Shown: positions 1 to 9,913 of the stretch, in pieces
Position numbering within the stretch: the first letter of the stretch is position 1
Layout: every line of letters begins with the position of its first letter
NCBI GenBank assembly: GCA_023415725.1
Contig: JAEZJR010000271.1
Coordinates: 1 to 54,520, forward strand
DNA from: Acidobacteriota bacterium
Lineage (GTDB): Bacteria > Acidobacteriota > Blastocatellia > Pyrinomonadales > Pyrinomonadaceae
Reading direction: 5' to 3'
Length of the DNA stretch: 54,520 nt
Notes under the pieces: generated by a model
What the model was told of the DNA's origin: nothing
Database searches by the model: none
Seen by the model: only the letters and a program-made list of their open reading frames with translations
Translations under genes and position numbers: made by a program

Positions 1-519
1 GTACAGGGTATAACGGACCTGATCACTACGCCAGGGATCATCAATCTCGACTTCGCCGACGTTCGAACCGTTATGACCGGCCGCGGAGTGGCCCTTATGG
101 GGGTTGGGAGCGCTAAGGGCGACAACGCTGCGTCAATGGCGATGCGTTCGGCTTTGGATTACAAACTTCTTGAGGAGAATTCCATCGCCGGAGCAAAGGC
201 AGCATTGATAAACGTTACAGGCGGCCCCAACATGCCCCTCGGAGAGATCGAGGATGCGATCGGGATGATCGAGGAAGAAGCCGATCCGAACGCAGACATA
301 ATTTGGGGAAGCGTTATCAGGGAAGATCTGGACGACGATATCAAGGTGACCGTCATTGCCACAGGTTTTGACAGTGCTGTCCAGAACATTCAGCCCCGCC
401 CGATCGGTTATGAATCCGCGATCGCCGTCAATGGTGGTCCGGCCCCGGCATATTCACCGTCCGAGGCCCAGGTCGAGGATCTGAACGTGCCTACGTTCAT
501 TCGCCGTCAGGCTGATTAG
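1..519 (+). CDS. ftsZ: Cell division GTPase FtsZ, C-terminal part (5' end cut by window edge)
   Basis: Frame 1 is open from base 1 (VQGITDLITTPGIINLDFADVRTVM...). It shows FtsZ core motifs ALINVTGGPNM and KVTVIATGF, a variable linker, and the conserved C-terminal peptide DLNVPTFIRRQAD just before the stop. Confidence 0.9.
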   Translation, partial: VQGITDLITTPGIINLDFADVRTVMTGRGVALMGVGSAKGDNAASMAMRSALDYKLLEENSIAGAKAALINVTGGPNMPLGEIEDAIGMIEEEADPNADIIWGSVIREDLDDDIKVTVIATGFDSAVQNIQPRPIGYESAIAVNGGPAPAYSPSEAQVEDLNVPTFIRRQAD

Positions 520-538
520 CCATCGTTTAGGAAATTAG

Positions 539-576
539 AACCTCCGCCGGATTGGAAAAACTGGCGGAGGTTTTTC
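539..576 (+). terminator. Rho-independent terminator after ftsZ
   Basis: GC-rich stem CCTCCGCC (541-548) / GGCGGAGG (563-570), extended by A-T pairs and followed by a T-run (571-575). It lies 20 nt after the ftsZ stop. Confidence 0.6.
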
Positions 577-589
577 TATTATCGATACT

Positions 590-1600
590 ATGGCTGACCC
601 TATGTCGAGCGAAAGCCTTCCCATTATTGGTATAACGATTGGGGATCCTGCAGGGATCGGCCCGGAGATCTCATTGAGATCTTTGTCCGATGGTCCTATT
701 GGGACAATCTGCCGTCCCGTCTTGATAGGCGACCTGGAATTCCTGCGCAGGCAGGCACGGGCGCTCGGGGTCGAGCGAAATTTGGTCTCGTTCGGCGATC
801 CGATGACTACACAGTGTATCGAGGTAATCGACTTAGGAAATATTGACGAGGGGATCGAGGCGGGACGTGAATCGGCTGCAACCGGGCGTGCTTCAGGGCA
901 GTATATTATTCGAGCGGTCGAGCTTTGGGAACAGGGTGTTGTAGACGCTATCGCAACGGCCCCTATAAGCAAGAATGCACTAAAAATGGCCGGATTCTCA
1001 TATCCCGGGCATACAGAATTTCTCGCAGAGCTCACCCGTACACCTCAGTTCGCGATGAGCTTCTTCGCCGAAAAGCTGCGAGTCGTGCTGCTCTCGACCC
1101 ATCTTTCACTCCGGAACGCCATCGACCGAGTCCGAACCCAGCCGATTATCGACCTTATTCGATTTTCCGACCGTATCCTTGCCGATCTTTTAGGCAGGCG
1201 TCCGAAACTCGCTGTTGCGGGTCTGAACCCGCACGCCTCCGAGGGGGGGATGTTCGGTACGGAAGAGATAGACGAGATCGTCCCTGCGGTCGACGAATGC
1301 ATTGCCGAGGGCATCCAGGTTTCGGGGCCCTATTCACCTGATACAATATTCTTGCGAGGCTACCGTGGAGAGTTCGATGCGGTTATCGCTTGCTATCATG
1401 ATCAGGCTACTATCGCGGTAAAATCCCTGTCCTTTGGATCTTCTGTGAATGTGACGCTTGGTCTTCCGCTTATTCGCACTTCTGTTGACCACGGCACGGC
1501 ATTCGATATCGCCGGCAAAGGCATCGCCGATGAATCCAGTATGAAGGCCGCCATCAGGCTTGCTGCTGAACTTGTTCGGTCGAAACGTGGTGACCTGTAG
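590..1600 (+). CDS. pdxA: 4-hydroxythreonine-4-phosphate dehydrogenase
   Basis: 336 aa. PdxA-type motifs IGITIGDPAGIGPEI, YPGHTEFLAE and TSVDHGTAFDIAGKG; length typical of the family. Confidence 0.9.
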   Translation: MADPMSSESLPIIGITIGDPAGIGPEISLRSLSDGPIGTICRPVLIGDLEFLRRQARALGVERNLVSFGDPMTTQCIEVIDLGNIDEGIEAGRESAATGRASGQYIIRAVELWEQGVVDAIATAPISKNALKMAGFSYPGHTEFLAELTRTPQFAMSFFAEKLRVVLLSTHLSLRNAIDRVRTQPIIDLIRFSDRILADLLGRRPKLAVAGLNPHASEGGMFGTEEIDEIVPAVDECIAEGIQVSGPYSPDTIFLRGYRGEFDAVIACYHDQATIAVKSLSFGSSVNVTLGLPLIRTSVDHGTAFDIAGKGIADESSMKAAIRLAAELVRSKRGDL

Positions 1601-1830
1601 ATTCTGATCCGCTATTTTCGCCCCTATGGAGAAATACGTCCTTTTCGCGGAAAGTGATCCAGGATTACTTGGATTAGTTATAGAAATTGGCGAGGCTACA
1701 GGCTACTTGTTGGCTAAGGCCCGTGACGTTCAAGCCTGCGTGTATCGATTTCTTGACGCAGGGAAGTTGCAAATGATAGCTTTCTCACAACATTTCACAC
1801 CGCTTACAGCCTAGAATAGGAGTCAGAAAA

Positions 1831-3087
1831 GTGGCAACACGCAAGCTTGTATTGGCCGATGATTCGATCACGATCCAGAAGGTCATTAATCTCACTTTCG
1901 CCGATGAAGGGATCGACGTGATTTCTGTAGGAGATGGAGATGCCGCCGTTCAGCGGGTTTTCGAGGAGATGCCGGATCTCATTATGGCAGACGTCAATAT
2001 GCCGGGCCTCTCCGGCTATGAGGTTTGCGAACGGATCCGCGCGGACGAGAAAACGAGGGACATTCCCCTGATTCTCCTTATCGGTGCATTCGAGAAGTTC
2101 GACGAATCGGAAGCCCACCGCGTTGGGGCGTCTACGTACCTCACAAAACCTTTTCAATCTATACGGCAGTTGGTGAATCAGGTAACTGAACTGATCGAGG
2201 CCAGAAACAACGCTAACTCTTCGGATCAAGGGGACGAACCGAAACCGATTCAGCTGGAGATTGAGGATCGTAAACAGGAACCTCCAACGAATCCTTTCGA
2301 CGAGCCCGTCCAATCTCAACTTGAGACGTTCAGGGACAATCGGATAGCCTCGATCGATCATCAACCGGAAATCACAGTAGACCCTTTAGGCGAGTATCAG
2401 GAAGCCGTTACCAGGTCGGAATCTTCCGGCAGCGAACCTGACGATATCGACCGGCTCTATCGCCAAAGCATTGGTGAGGAGCCTCTGCCCTCAGACGCAG
2501 AATTCCCTGACCTTGGCGTGGACGATGAGATGATCGAAACGAGCTACTCGTCAGTTCACCGGGAAAATTATGATCTCGACCTATCTCTGCCGCTCGAAAC
2601 GGGACTCCTAAATCATCAAGACGAGAAGGTGGCAGAAGCGCCTCGCGACGAGTTTCAAGAAACACAGTCAGTTTCACCCTATGAGACGGCCGACCTCAGT
2701 CTCGATGATCTTTCGGAAGCAAGAAACCCGCAGGAGTCCAGCCGCGTGGACGAGACCGTTCGGTTGGATCCGGCCATGGTTGATGAGCAAATGGCTGAAG
2801 CGAATCGGCGATTCGAGCCGATCGAACAGCCACCCCCGCCAGATAGCGAGTCTCCTATTGGCGAGGAAACCATACGAATGGATTCGAGGTTCGACGCGCA
2901 AAGTTCCGCGTCGTACGAATTTGACGATATCGACTTGCTGGACATTCCGTCCGAAACTGAGGTAGAGATTTCCACCCCCGCAGATACCGTGGCGAGAGGC
3001 GGGAACAAGCAAGTAGTAACGCTTTCGCCCGACCTGATCGAGATGATCGCTCAACGAGTGGTCGAAAAGCTCTCCGAGAAGTACTAG
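1831..3087 (+). CDS. Response regulator: CheY-like receiver domain plus ~270-aa acidic low-complexity tail and a short conserved-looking C-terminal helix
   Basis: GTG start 8 nt after AGGAG (1818-1822). Receiver motifs: LVLADDS, phospho-acceptor region LIMADVNMPG, and YLTKPF. The rest is D/E/P/S-rich and ends VVTLSPDLIEMIAQRVVEKLSEKY. Confidence 0.8.
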   Translation: MATRKLVLADDSITIQKVINLTFADEGIDVISVGDGDAAVQRVFEEMPDLIMADVNMPGLSGYEVCERIRADEKTRDIPLILLIGAFEKFDESEAHRVGASTYLTKPFQSIRQLVNQVTELIEARNNANSSDQGDEPKPIQLEIEDRKQEPPTNPFDEPVQSQLETFRDNRIASIDHQPEITVDPLGEYQEAVTRSESSGSEPDDIDRLYRQSIGEEPLPSDAEFPDLGVDDEMIETSYSSVHRENYDLDLSLPLETGLLNHQDEKVAEAPRDEFQETQSVSPYETADLSLDDLSEARNPQESSRVDETVRLDPAMVDEQMAEANRRFEPIEQPPPPDSESPIGEETIRMDSRFDAQSSASYEFDDIDLLDIPSETEVEISTPADTVARGGNKQVVTLSPDLIEMIAQRVVEKLSEKY

Positions 3088-3247
3088 CCGCTCAAACGAA
3101 CCGAGCGTTATGTGGTCTGCTCGAGTTTATTAAAGGGACGAGTGCCTCTGGTTCATTGTGCACTTGCCCCTTCCGTCCGCCTTTCCCAAAATCCCGCTCG
3201 AAATATGAAAACGTCGGATTTTTGTTTTATTATCTACGTTTTACCCT

Positions 3248-5932
3248 ATGGAAATCGCCAAGGCTTACGATCCTAAAGAGGCCGAACATAAACATTACGA
3301 TCGATGGGAATCGCTTGGTTGCTTTCGTCCCGAGACCAACCAAGACCCGAACGCGCCTAAATATTCAATAGTCATCCCGCCGCCCAATGTAACAGGGAAT
3401 CTTCACATGGGGCACGCCTTACAGCACACGATCATGGACGTGCTCGTTCGATGGAAACGCATGCAGGGATATCGAACCCTTTGGCTTCCGGGCACAGACC
3501 ACGCTGGTATATCCGTACAGCGGAAGGTCGTCGAGCAGTTGCGCAAGGACGAGAACAAATCGCCGCTAGATATCGGCCGCGAAGAATTCATCCGCCGAGC
3601 GTGGGCGTGGAAGGAAGAGTACGGCAACACCATAACTGACCAGATGCGACGCGAAGGAGCGTCGGTAGATTGGACGCGCCACCGCTTCACGATGGATGAG
3701 AGCCTGTCGAAAGCTGTCAGAAGCGTGTTCGTCACTCTCTACGACCAAGGCTGGATTTACAAAGGTCTTCGGATAGTGAATTGGTGTCCAAAGGACAAAA
3801 CCGTCCTTTCTGACCTGGAGGTTAAGGAAGAAACAAAGAAGGACGGAAAACTTACATATCTAAGATATCCGGTAATCGGCTCGGATCGCACAGTGACGGT
3901 GGCTACGACACGCCCGGAAACGATGCTTGGTGATACCGCCGTCGCCGTAAATCCAAAGGACGAGCGGTATAAGGATCTCGTCGGCAAAACGATAGCACTT
4001 CCTCTTACCGGCCGGGAGATACCAATCGTCGCGGACGATTATGTAGACACTGAATTCGGTACCGGAGCTGTAAAGATCACCCCGGCGCACGATCTTAATG
4101 ATTACCAGTTAGGCCAGCGCCATGACCTCCCGCAACTCCTTGTGATGAACGACGACGGTACGATGAACGCCGCCGCCGGAGCCGATTTCGAAGGTTTAGA
4201 CCGGTTCAAGGCACGAGAGAAGGTTGTCGAGCGGTTTGAAGAACTCGATCTACTCGAAAAGGTCGAAGATTACGAGATCACGCTGCCAATTTGCGAGCGC
4301 TGCAAAACCATAGTGGAGCCGATCCTCTCGGATCAGTGGTTTGTGAAGATGGACGAGATGCGGGACCTGGCACTCAATCTAATAAAAGACCAGGGCTATC
4401 CGCATTTCTTCCCGCAGGTGCCCCACGAGAAGGTCTACACGAACTGGCTTGAAAACCTGAAAGACTGGACCATCTCCCGCCAGCTCTGGTGGGGGCACCA
4501 GATTCCTGCTTGGTACGACAAGGAAGGAAACATCTACGTCGCACGTACAGCCGAGGAAGCTTACGAGAAGGCCGGAACCAATGAACTAACGCAGGACCAA
4601 GATGTGTTGGACACCTGGTTCTCATCCGGCCTGTGGGCATTTTCTACATTCGGCTGGAACGGCGACGTTAAGGAAACCGACGATCTCAGCGAATTTCTTC
4701 CCACCGACGTCCTGGTCACGGGCCGCGACATCATTTTCCTATGGGTTTCACGGATGATGATGCTGACTAAGAAGTTCGTCGATAAGATCGCTTTCGAGGA
4801 TGTGATCATAACCGGCACCGTGCTCGGAAAGGACGGCAAACCGATGTCGAAATCCCGGAACAACGGGGTCGACCCGATCGAGATGTTCGACAAGTTCGGT
4901 GTGGATGCGACGCGGATCTACCTCGCCTCCATCGCTACCGGAGCCGACATCAAGTGGAACGACTTGATGATCGAGACTTACCGCAACTTTGCAAACAAGA
5001 TCTGGAACGCGACGCGATTCTGTCTGCTGAATTCGGAAGGTGTGTCAGTCGGCCATGCGAGTTTAATGGATGGCGAGCATTCGCTCGCTGACAGTTGGAT
5101 CATCTCGCGGTTAAACCGTACGGCACTTGACGTCAATGCCGCCCTCGGGAAGTATGAGTTCCACACGGCTGTATCCCTCCTCTATCACTTCTTCTGGGAC
5201 GACTTCTGCGATTGGTACATCGAACTCGTCAAAGACGAGATCACCAGCGGTGACGTCGCCGGCACGACCAAGATACTTACCATTCTGGAGATCGCCCTGC
5301 GGATGCTGCACCCCTTTATGCCGTATCTGACGGAAGAGTTATGGCTGAAACTTCCGGGCACAGGCCGGGAACTTCTGCACCGGGCTTATGCTGACGCGGA
5401 CGCGACGATCATGCTCACCTCATTCCCATCCGGGGACGTCTCGGCGATCGATGAGCGGGCCGAGAGTGAGATGCAGTTCGTTATCGAGCTGATCAAAAAG
5501 ATCCGCAATATCCGTTCCGAGATGAACATCAAGCCTAGCGATCGAGTCCCGGTTCACGCCGCCGTCTCCAACGAGCAGCGTGAAATACTCACGGCGAATG
5601 AGTCCCAGATCTTAAAACTCGCCCGCGTGAGCGAACTAATTCTCGAGGACTCGCTTAATGTTCCGAAAGCGTCCGCACGTGCCGTGATCAGGGGAGGTGC
5701 GGAGATCGCTATCCCGCTCGAGGGGTTGATCGATTTTGATAAGGAGCGCGAACGACTTAGGAATCAAATCACGAAACTCGACACCGAACTGCAAAGGATC
5801 AGCGGCCAGCTTGCAAACGCGAACTTCGTTGAACGTGCCCCCGTGGAAAAAGTTCAGGAATTGCGGGATCGAAAAGTAGAGATTGAACAACAGACCACTA
5901 CACTTCATGCGAATCTGGAGGCTTTAGCCTGA
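3248..5932 (+). CDS. valS: Valine--tRNA ligase
   Basis: 894 aa. Class I HIGH motif (NLHMGHAL), KMSKS motif (KPMSKSRNN), and a C-terminal coiled coil typical of ValS. Confidence 0.97.
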   Translation: MEIAKAYDPKEAEHKHYDRWESLGCFRPETNQDPNAPKYSIVIPPPNVTGNLHMGHALQHTIMDVLVRWKRMQGYRTLWLPGTDHAGISVQRKVVEQLRKDENKSPLDIGREEFIRRAWAWKEEYGNTITDQMRREGASVDWTRHRFTMDESLSKAVRSVFVTLYDQGWIYKGLRIVNWCPKDKTVLSDLEVKEETKKDGKLTYLRYPVIGSDRTVTVATTRPETMLGDTAVAVNPKDERYKDLVGKTIALPLTGREIPIVADDYVDTEFGTGAVKITPAHDLNDYQLGQRHDLPQLLVMNDDGTMNAAAGADFEGLDRFKAREKVVERFEELDLLEKVEDYEITLPICERCKTIVEPILSDQWFVKMDEMRDLALNLIKDQGYPHFFPQVPHEKVYTNWLENLKDWTISRQLWWGHQIPAWYDKEGNIYVARTAEEAYEKAGTNELTQDQDVLDTWFSSGLWAFSTFGWNGDVKETDDLSEFLPTDVLVTGRDIIFLWVSRMMMLTKKFVDKIAFEDVIITGTVLGKDGKPMSKSRNNGVDPIEMFDKFGVDATRIYLASIATGADIKWNDLMIETYRNFANKIWNATRFCLLNSEGVSVGHASLMDGEHSLADSWIISRLNRTALDVNAALGKYEFHTAVSLLYHFFWDDFCDWYIELVKDEITSGDVAGTTKILTILEIALRMLHPFMPYLTEELWLKLPGTGRELLHRAYADADATIMLTSFPSGDVSAIDERAESEMQFVIELIKKIRNIRSEMNIKPSDRVPVHAAVSNEQREILTANESQILKLARVSELILEDSLNVPKASARAVIRGGAEIAIPLEGLIDFDKERERLRNQITKLDTELQRISGQLANANFVERAPVEKVQELRDRKVEIEQQTTTLHANLEALA

Positions 5933-6789
5933 TGAACTGGCTCGATAACGGTGAGGTCCTCTCGGCCATTGGACAATTCCTGGCCGAGGACATCGGTCGT
6001 GGCGATATCACTACATCTTCGACCGTGCCGCGTGATGTGCGTGGTTCCGGGAGATTCCTGGCTAAAGAGGATCTTGTGATCTGCGGGTTGGAGGTCGCCG
6101 AGGCTGTATTCGTCCATCTCGATGCCGAGATCTCGGAGATAGAAACTGGCTATTCCGAAGGAGATGAGGTAAGCAGTGGAACCGTTTTCGGGACGCTCAA
6201 GGGATATGCAGACGTTTTGCTTACTGGCGAGCGCGTCGCCTTGAATATCCTCCAGCGCATGTCGGGGGTCGCGACCCTTACGCGGCAATATGTTCGGGCC
6301 GTCGAGGGGACCGGAGCAGCGATCGTAGACACCCGGAAGACTACGCCTGGATTAAGGTCGCTTGAAAAATACGCCGTCACAGTAGGTGGTGGAAAGAACC
6401 ACCGTATGGGCCTCGACGATGGGGTTTTGATCAAAGATAACCACATCGCACTGGCTGGGGGCGTTACGGAGGCTGTGGTAGCCGCGAAGAAAACTGTAGG
6501 GCACCTTCATAAGATCGAGGTTGAGATCACTAATTGGGCTCAACTTCGAGAGGCAGTCGAGGCTGGTGCGGACATAATAATGCTCGACAATCAGACACCC
6601 GAAGAGGCAGCCAAACTCGTTCAAATGTCCCGCAACCTCAACCCTAACGTGCTCATCGAGGCGTCGGGCGGAATGGACCTGGATCGGGTTCGTGCCTATG
6701 CTGAAGCTGGCGTCGATCTTATTTCCGTCGGGCGTCTGACACATTCGGCGAGAGCGGTCGATATCTCATTCAAGATCCAAACTATCTAA
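5932..6789 (+). CDS. nadC: Nicotinate-nucleotide pyrophosphorylase (carboxylating)
   Basis: 285 aa. QPRTase motifs (TGERVALNILQRMSGVAT, DTRKTTPGLR, KNHR, MLDN). Its ATG overlaps the valS TGA (ATGA). Confidence 0.93.
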   Translation: MNWLDNGEVLSAIGQFLAEDIGRGDITTSSTVPRDVRGSGRFLAKEDLVICGLEVAEAVFVHLDAEISEIETGYSEGDEVSSGTVFGTLKGYADVLLTGERVALNILQRMSGVATLTRQYVRAVEGTGAAIVDTRKTTPGLRSLEKYAVTVGGGKNHRMGLDDGVLIKDNHIALAGGVTEAVVAAKKTVGHLHKIEVEITNWAQLREAVEAGADIIMLDNQTPEEAAKLVQMSRNLNPNVLIEASGGMDLDRVRAYAEAGVDLISVGRLTHSARAVDISFKIQTI

Positions 6790-7700
6790 TTAATTGGACC
6801 GTCCGATAAATGTGTACCGAGTTCCTGGCCGGTCGGCAGATATTTGATGGCGAAGGTTGATAGAATCAGCGCCACCGTCGCGATCACCCCGCCTTCTATC
6901 CCATAATCCCCGCCAGTCAGCCATGCGGGACCTACGTCTGATTCCCTGAGCAACGGGAATTTCACTATTTCTGTCAATCCGCTCACTTCCACGCCGAATA
7001 TGGATCCTTGAGCCCAGTTCCAAGCGAGATGTGCCCCGAACGGAAGCCATAGATCCTGGGTCTTTAAATACGCAACACTGAACCAAACCCCGGCTATGAA
7101 TGTATTCATCCATGAAAGCGTTGTCGCACCGGGGTTGGCGTTGTGGACCGAGGCGAACAGGAGTGATGTCAAAATTATTCCGAAGAGGGTAAGGTCGGAT
7201 CGGACGAATGTCTGAAGGATATATCCCCGAAAAAGAGCCTCCTCAAATGCTGCAGCCACGGCGAATACAAAGAATGAAACGAACAGGGTCCAAAGTATAT
7301 CAGCTGCAGCTGCCTGATTCAAAGAAAATCGCAATCCCCCTCCTGCGATTCCCAGCCCTGCGCCAAAGGCAAATGTAATTACACCAAGTACCAGCCCCAC
7401 CAGAAGGTTGGGAACCCACGGCCCGCGGACAGAGGCTCCGAGGGAAGCGAACGGGAGCCGTTCCAGAAATCTAGCGCACAGCCATCCCGCAGTTAGAGCA
7501 ACGGCGAGCGAAACTAAACTGTTGACGATCAAAAATACCGGGGAACCAGGCCGAACTGCAGGAGAAAATGCATAAAGGACTCCGAGAGCGACGCTCCCGA
7601 ATAAGGTGCCGCCCGATATGAAAAGCACCGCGAAGATCGCAAATCGCCAACCGCTACGCATCTGGCCGTCACGGCCGAAAAACATGGACTGAACTCTCAT
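6786..7700 (-). CDS. CPBP-family (CAAX-type) intramembrane glutamic protease
   Basis: Polytopic membrane protein with the three CPBP motifs: EEALFRGY, FASVHN and a late His (GAHLAWN). The 3' end overlaps the nadC 3' end by 4 nt. Confidence 0.85.
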   Translation of the reverse strand: MRVQSMFFGRDGQMRSGWRFAIFAVLFISGGTLFGSVALGVLYAFSPAVRPGSPVFLIVNSLVSLAVALTAGWLCARFLERLPFASLGASVRGPWVPNLLVGLVLGVITFAFGAGLGIAGGGLRFSLNQAAAADILWTLFVSFFVFAVAAAFEEALFRGYILQTFVRSDLTLFGIILTSLLFASVHNANPGATTLSWMNTFIAGVWFSVAYLKTQDLWLPFGAHLAWNWAQGSIFGVEVSGLTEIVKFPLLRESDVGPAWLTGGDYGIEGGVIATVALILSTFAIKYLPTGQELGTHLSDGPIN

Positions 7701-7705
7701 TCTTG

Positions 7706-9913
7706 ATGACGAGTTTAGCCAAGCTTCGTGACGTCGGCAAACGCAAGGCCTATGCTAAACTTGCAAACGAAATGGCAGTAAAGTCGCCGAATCAAAACCG
7801 TGCACGTCTGGCCGCTCTTGGGATATTCGTGCTCGGGTTGTTGGCTTTCCTCATACTGTTGCAGTCGTCCAATATCTGGAAGAGCTTTACTGTCGAAAGC
7901 GCAAGCGACACCCTGCTCCTTTATGGGCTTTCTTCTCTGAACGTCGCGGCCTTCGTGATATTCGGCTTTATCTTCCTCCGCAGCCTCGTAAAGTTGATGC
8001 GAGAGAGGCGTACCCTTCAACTCGGGTCAAAGATAAAATCAAGACTATTCTTCTACTTCGCCCTGATCAGTCTATTGCCGATCATTGCGATGGCGGTGTT
8101 CTCGTATCTATTTCTGAATCGGGCGCTCGACCGGTGGTTCACGCAGATACCTGAGGATGTGGTAAGAGAGGCCGAAGAGATCCAATCGAAGTCGAATTCG
8201 GAACAATATGCGCGTTTCGAGCAAACGGGACGTATGCTCGGACTTTTACTCGCCGATCGACCCTCCATTCCGACCCGTGAATTGAACCAACTAGCGACTT
8301 CCGGCGGCCTCGCCTTCGTTCAGGTGCTGGACGGAAATAATAAGGTTATTTCGAGCAGCGACATAGCAACGGATCTCCAAGATTCCGAGGAACTTAAGCT
8401 CATCAACCAGAATGATCTGAATTCCGAGGCGCTTCGAGACGGTGTCGGAATTGACGCAACCATCACTGAAATGCCGGACGATAGGCGGCTAGTTATCGGC
8501 CTTGACCTAAGACGGAGTGAGAGTGTGAACCAGATGTTCGAAACAGCTCTTGCTGAATTTGACCGCCTGAAAGAGCAGCAGGTAACAGTTCGGCAGATCG
8601 GCTTTCTTACGTTGGGAGTCTTGACGTTCCTCCTGATCTTTGCTTCGTCCTGGACGGCGTTTTACATCGCTCGCGGGCTGACCGCTCCCATAAAGGCGTT
8701 AGCGGAAGGGGCCGAGCGGATAGCCCAAGGCGATCTTAGCCATCGCGTTGAGGTGTTGGCTGAAGACGAACTCGCGCTGCTGGTTTGGACCTTCAACGAG
8801 ATGACCGCGAAACTTGAGGCTAACGCCGCCGAGATCACCGAGAGGCGGCGTTACATAGAGACCGTTTTGCTTTCCCTGCCTACCGGTGTCGTCTCGATCG
8901 ATGAAAATAACCGGGTCACTACTATTAATCCCGCAGCGAAGTCCATCCTGCGGCTCGAGCAAGGAGACTTTAACGGGGCCGGCCTGGATTCGATCATTGA
9001 GGCACGCGATCGTGAATCCATTGAAAGATTGGTCGCACGTGCCCGTAGGGTTGGATTCGCCTCGGATAACGTTAAATTTGCCTCGACCGACGCGGAAGGT
9101 GGCGACGGGCTTCCCGTATCGATCACCGTAACCGCCCTACCGGGGGATCGGGGGGTTGTACTTGTTATCGAAGATCTATCGGAATTGATCGCTGCCCAGC
9201 GTGCTTCGGCATGGCAGGAGGTGGCTCGCCGAATGGCCCATGAGATCAAAAATCCCCTTACCCCGATCCAACTCTCCGCCGAGCGGATAGCGAGGCGCTT
9301 CGCGACTCAGCCTGCGGTTGCGACACCGGGGGCCGCAATACCGGATGAGGGAAATGCTCGAGTTGTGGCGGAGGGGACCAACACTATCCTTCGCGAGGTG
9401 CAGAGCCTCAAATCTATGGTCGACGAGTTCTCGAGATTTGCACGCCTTCCAAGCGTCAGCCTTGAATTATGGGATGTCAATGAAGTAATTCGAGAAGCGG
9501 TTTCGCTTTACCGTGAACGGATGGACGAACTAATGATCAAGACGGAACTCGCCGCTGACGTTCCTCCCATACTCATCGATGATGAGCAGTTGAAAAGGGT
9601 CCTTGTTAACCTTATCGATAACTCTATCGAAGCGCCCGGTGACGGGTTCAGAACGGTAATGATCAGGTCGACGCTCGATGCTGATCGCGATGTGGTCGTG
9701 GTCGAGGTTACGGATAACGGCGACGGGATCGACCCGGCCGACCACCAGAAGCTTTTCCAGCCTTATTTTTCCACAAAGGGGCGCGGTACAGGGTTAGGAC
9801 TCGCGATCGTCCAGCGGATAATTTCCGAACATAAAGGGAAGATCCGGGCCGCCTCTAACGTGCCTTGCGGCGCCCGGTTTATAATCGAGCTTCCGGTTCG
9901 TTCCAACGATTGA
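7706..9913 (+). CDS. Sensor histidine kinase, NtrY-like architecture (4 TM, HAMP, PAS, HisKA, HATPase)
   Basis: H-box HEIKNPLTPIQLSAERI; N and G boxes (LIDNSIEA, DNGDGI, GTGLGLAIV); hydrophobic N-terminal segments. ATG at 7706, with an in-frame TTG at 7703. Confidence 0.9.
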   Translation: MTSLAKLRDVGKRKAYAKLANEMAVKSPNQNRARLAALGIFVLGLLAFLILLQSSNIWKSFTVESASDTLLLYGLSSLNVAAFVIFGFIFLRSLVKLMRERRTLQLGSKIKSRLFFYFALISLLPIIAMAVFSYLFLNRALDRWFTQIPEDVVREAEEIQSKSNSEQYARFEQTGRMLGLLLADRPSIPTRELNQLATSGGLAFVQVLDGNNKVISSSDIATDLQDSEELKLINQNDLNSEALRDGVGIDATITEMPDDRRLVIGLDLRRSESVNQMFETALAEFDRLKEQQVTVRQIGFLTLGVLTFLLIFASSWTAFYIARGLTAPIKALAEGAERIAQGDLSHRVEVLAEDELALLVWTFNEMTAKLEANAAEITERRRYIETVLLSLPTGVVSIDENNRVTTINPAAKSILRLEQGDFNGAGLDSIIEARDRESIERLVARARRVGFASDNVKFASTDAEGGDGLPVSITVTALPGDRGVVLVIEDLSELIAAQRASAWQEVARRMAHEIKNPLTPIQLSAERIARRFATQPAVATPGAAIPDEGNARVVAEGTNTILREVQSLKSMVDEFSRFARLPSVSLELWDVNEVIREAVSLYRERMDELMIKTELAADVPPILIDDEQLKRVLVNLIDNSIEAPGDGFRTVMIRSTLDADRDVVVVEVTDNGDGIDPADHQKLFQPYFSTKGRGTGLGLAIVQRIISEHKGKIRAASNVPCGARFIIELPVRSND

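Noticed and set aside
535-1035. Long antisense ORFs opposite well-supported genes: 535-1035 opposite pdxA, 19624-20112 opposite the Wzz-like gene, 45187-45666 opposite the beta-helix gene, 50367-50933 opposite the TPR gene, and many 60-130 aa ORFs opposite valS.
   Set aside because: They lie entirely within genes whose translations carry clear family motifs. Their own translations are Arg/Ser/Pro-rich shadow sequence with no motifs, as expected for a moderately GC-rich genome.
1626-1814. 62-codon ORF (MEKYVLFAESDPGLLGLVIEIGEATGYLLAKARDVQ...) between pdxA and the response regulator.
   Set aside because: The alternating hydrophobic pattern faintly resembles half a receiver domain. There is no ribosome-binding site and no recognisable motif, and the ORF ends 17 nt before the next gene. 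That is not enough evidence to call a gene.
9865-9912. Upstream in-frame extensions given by the ORF track: 9865 for the sigma-54 regulator, 24682 for the Wza-like gene, 29259 for the flippase, 31007 for the methyltransferase, 16996 for the pyrophosphorylase and 47266 for the VWA gene.
   Set aside because: Each extension overlaps the preceding gene or lacks protein-like sequence. Downstream ATGs coincide with the family-typical N-terminus or a signal peptide, and often with a Shine-Dalgarno-like motif or stop/start coupling.
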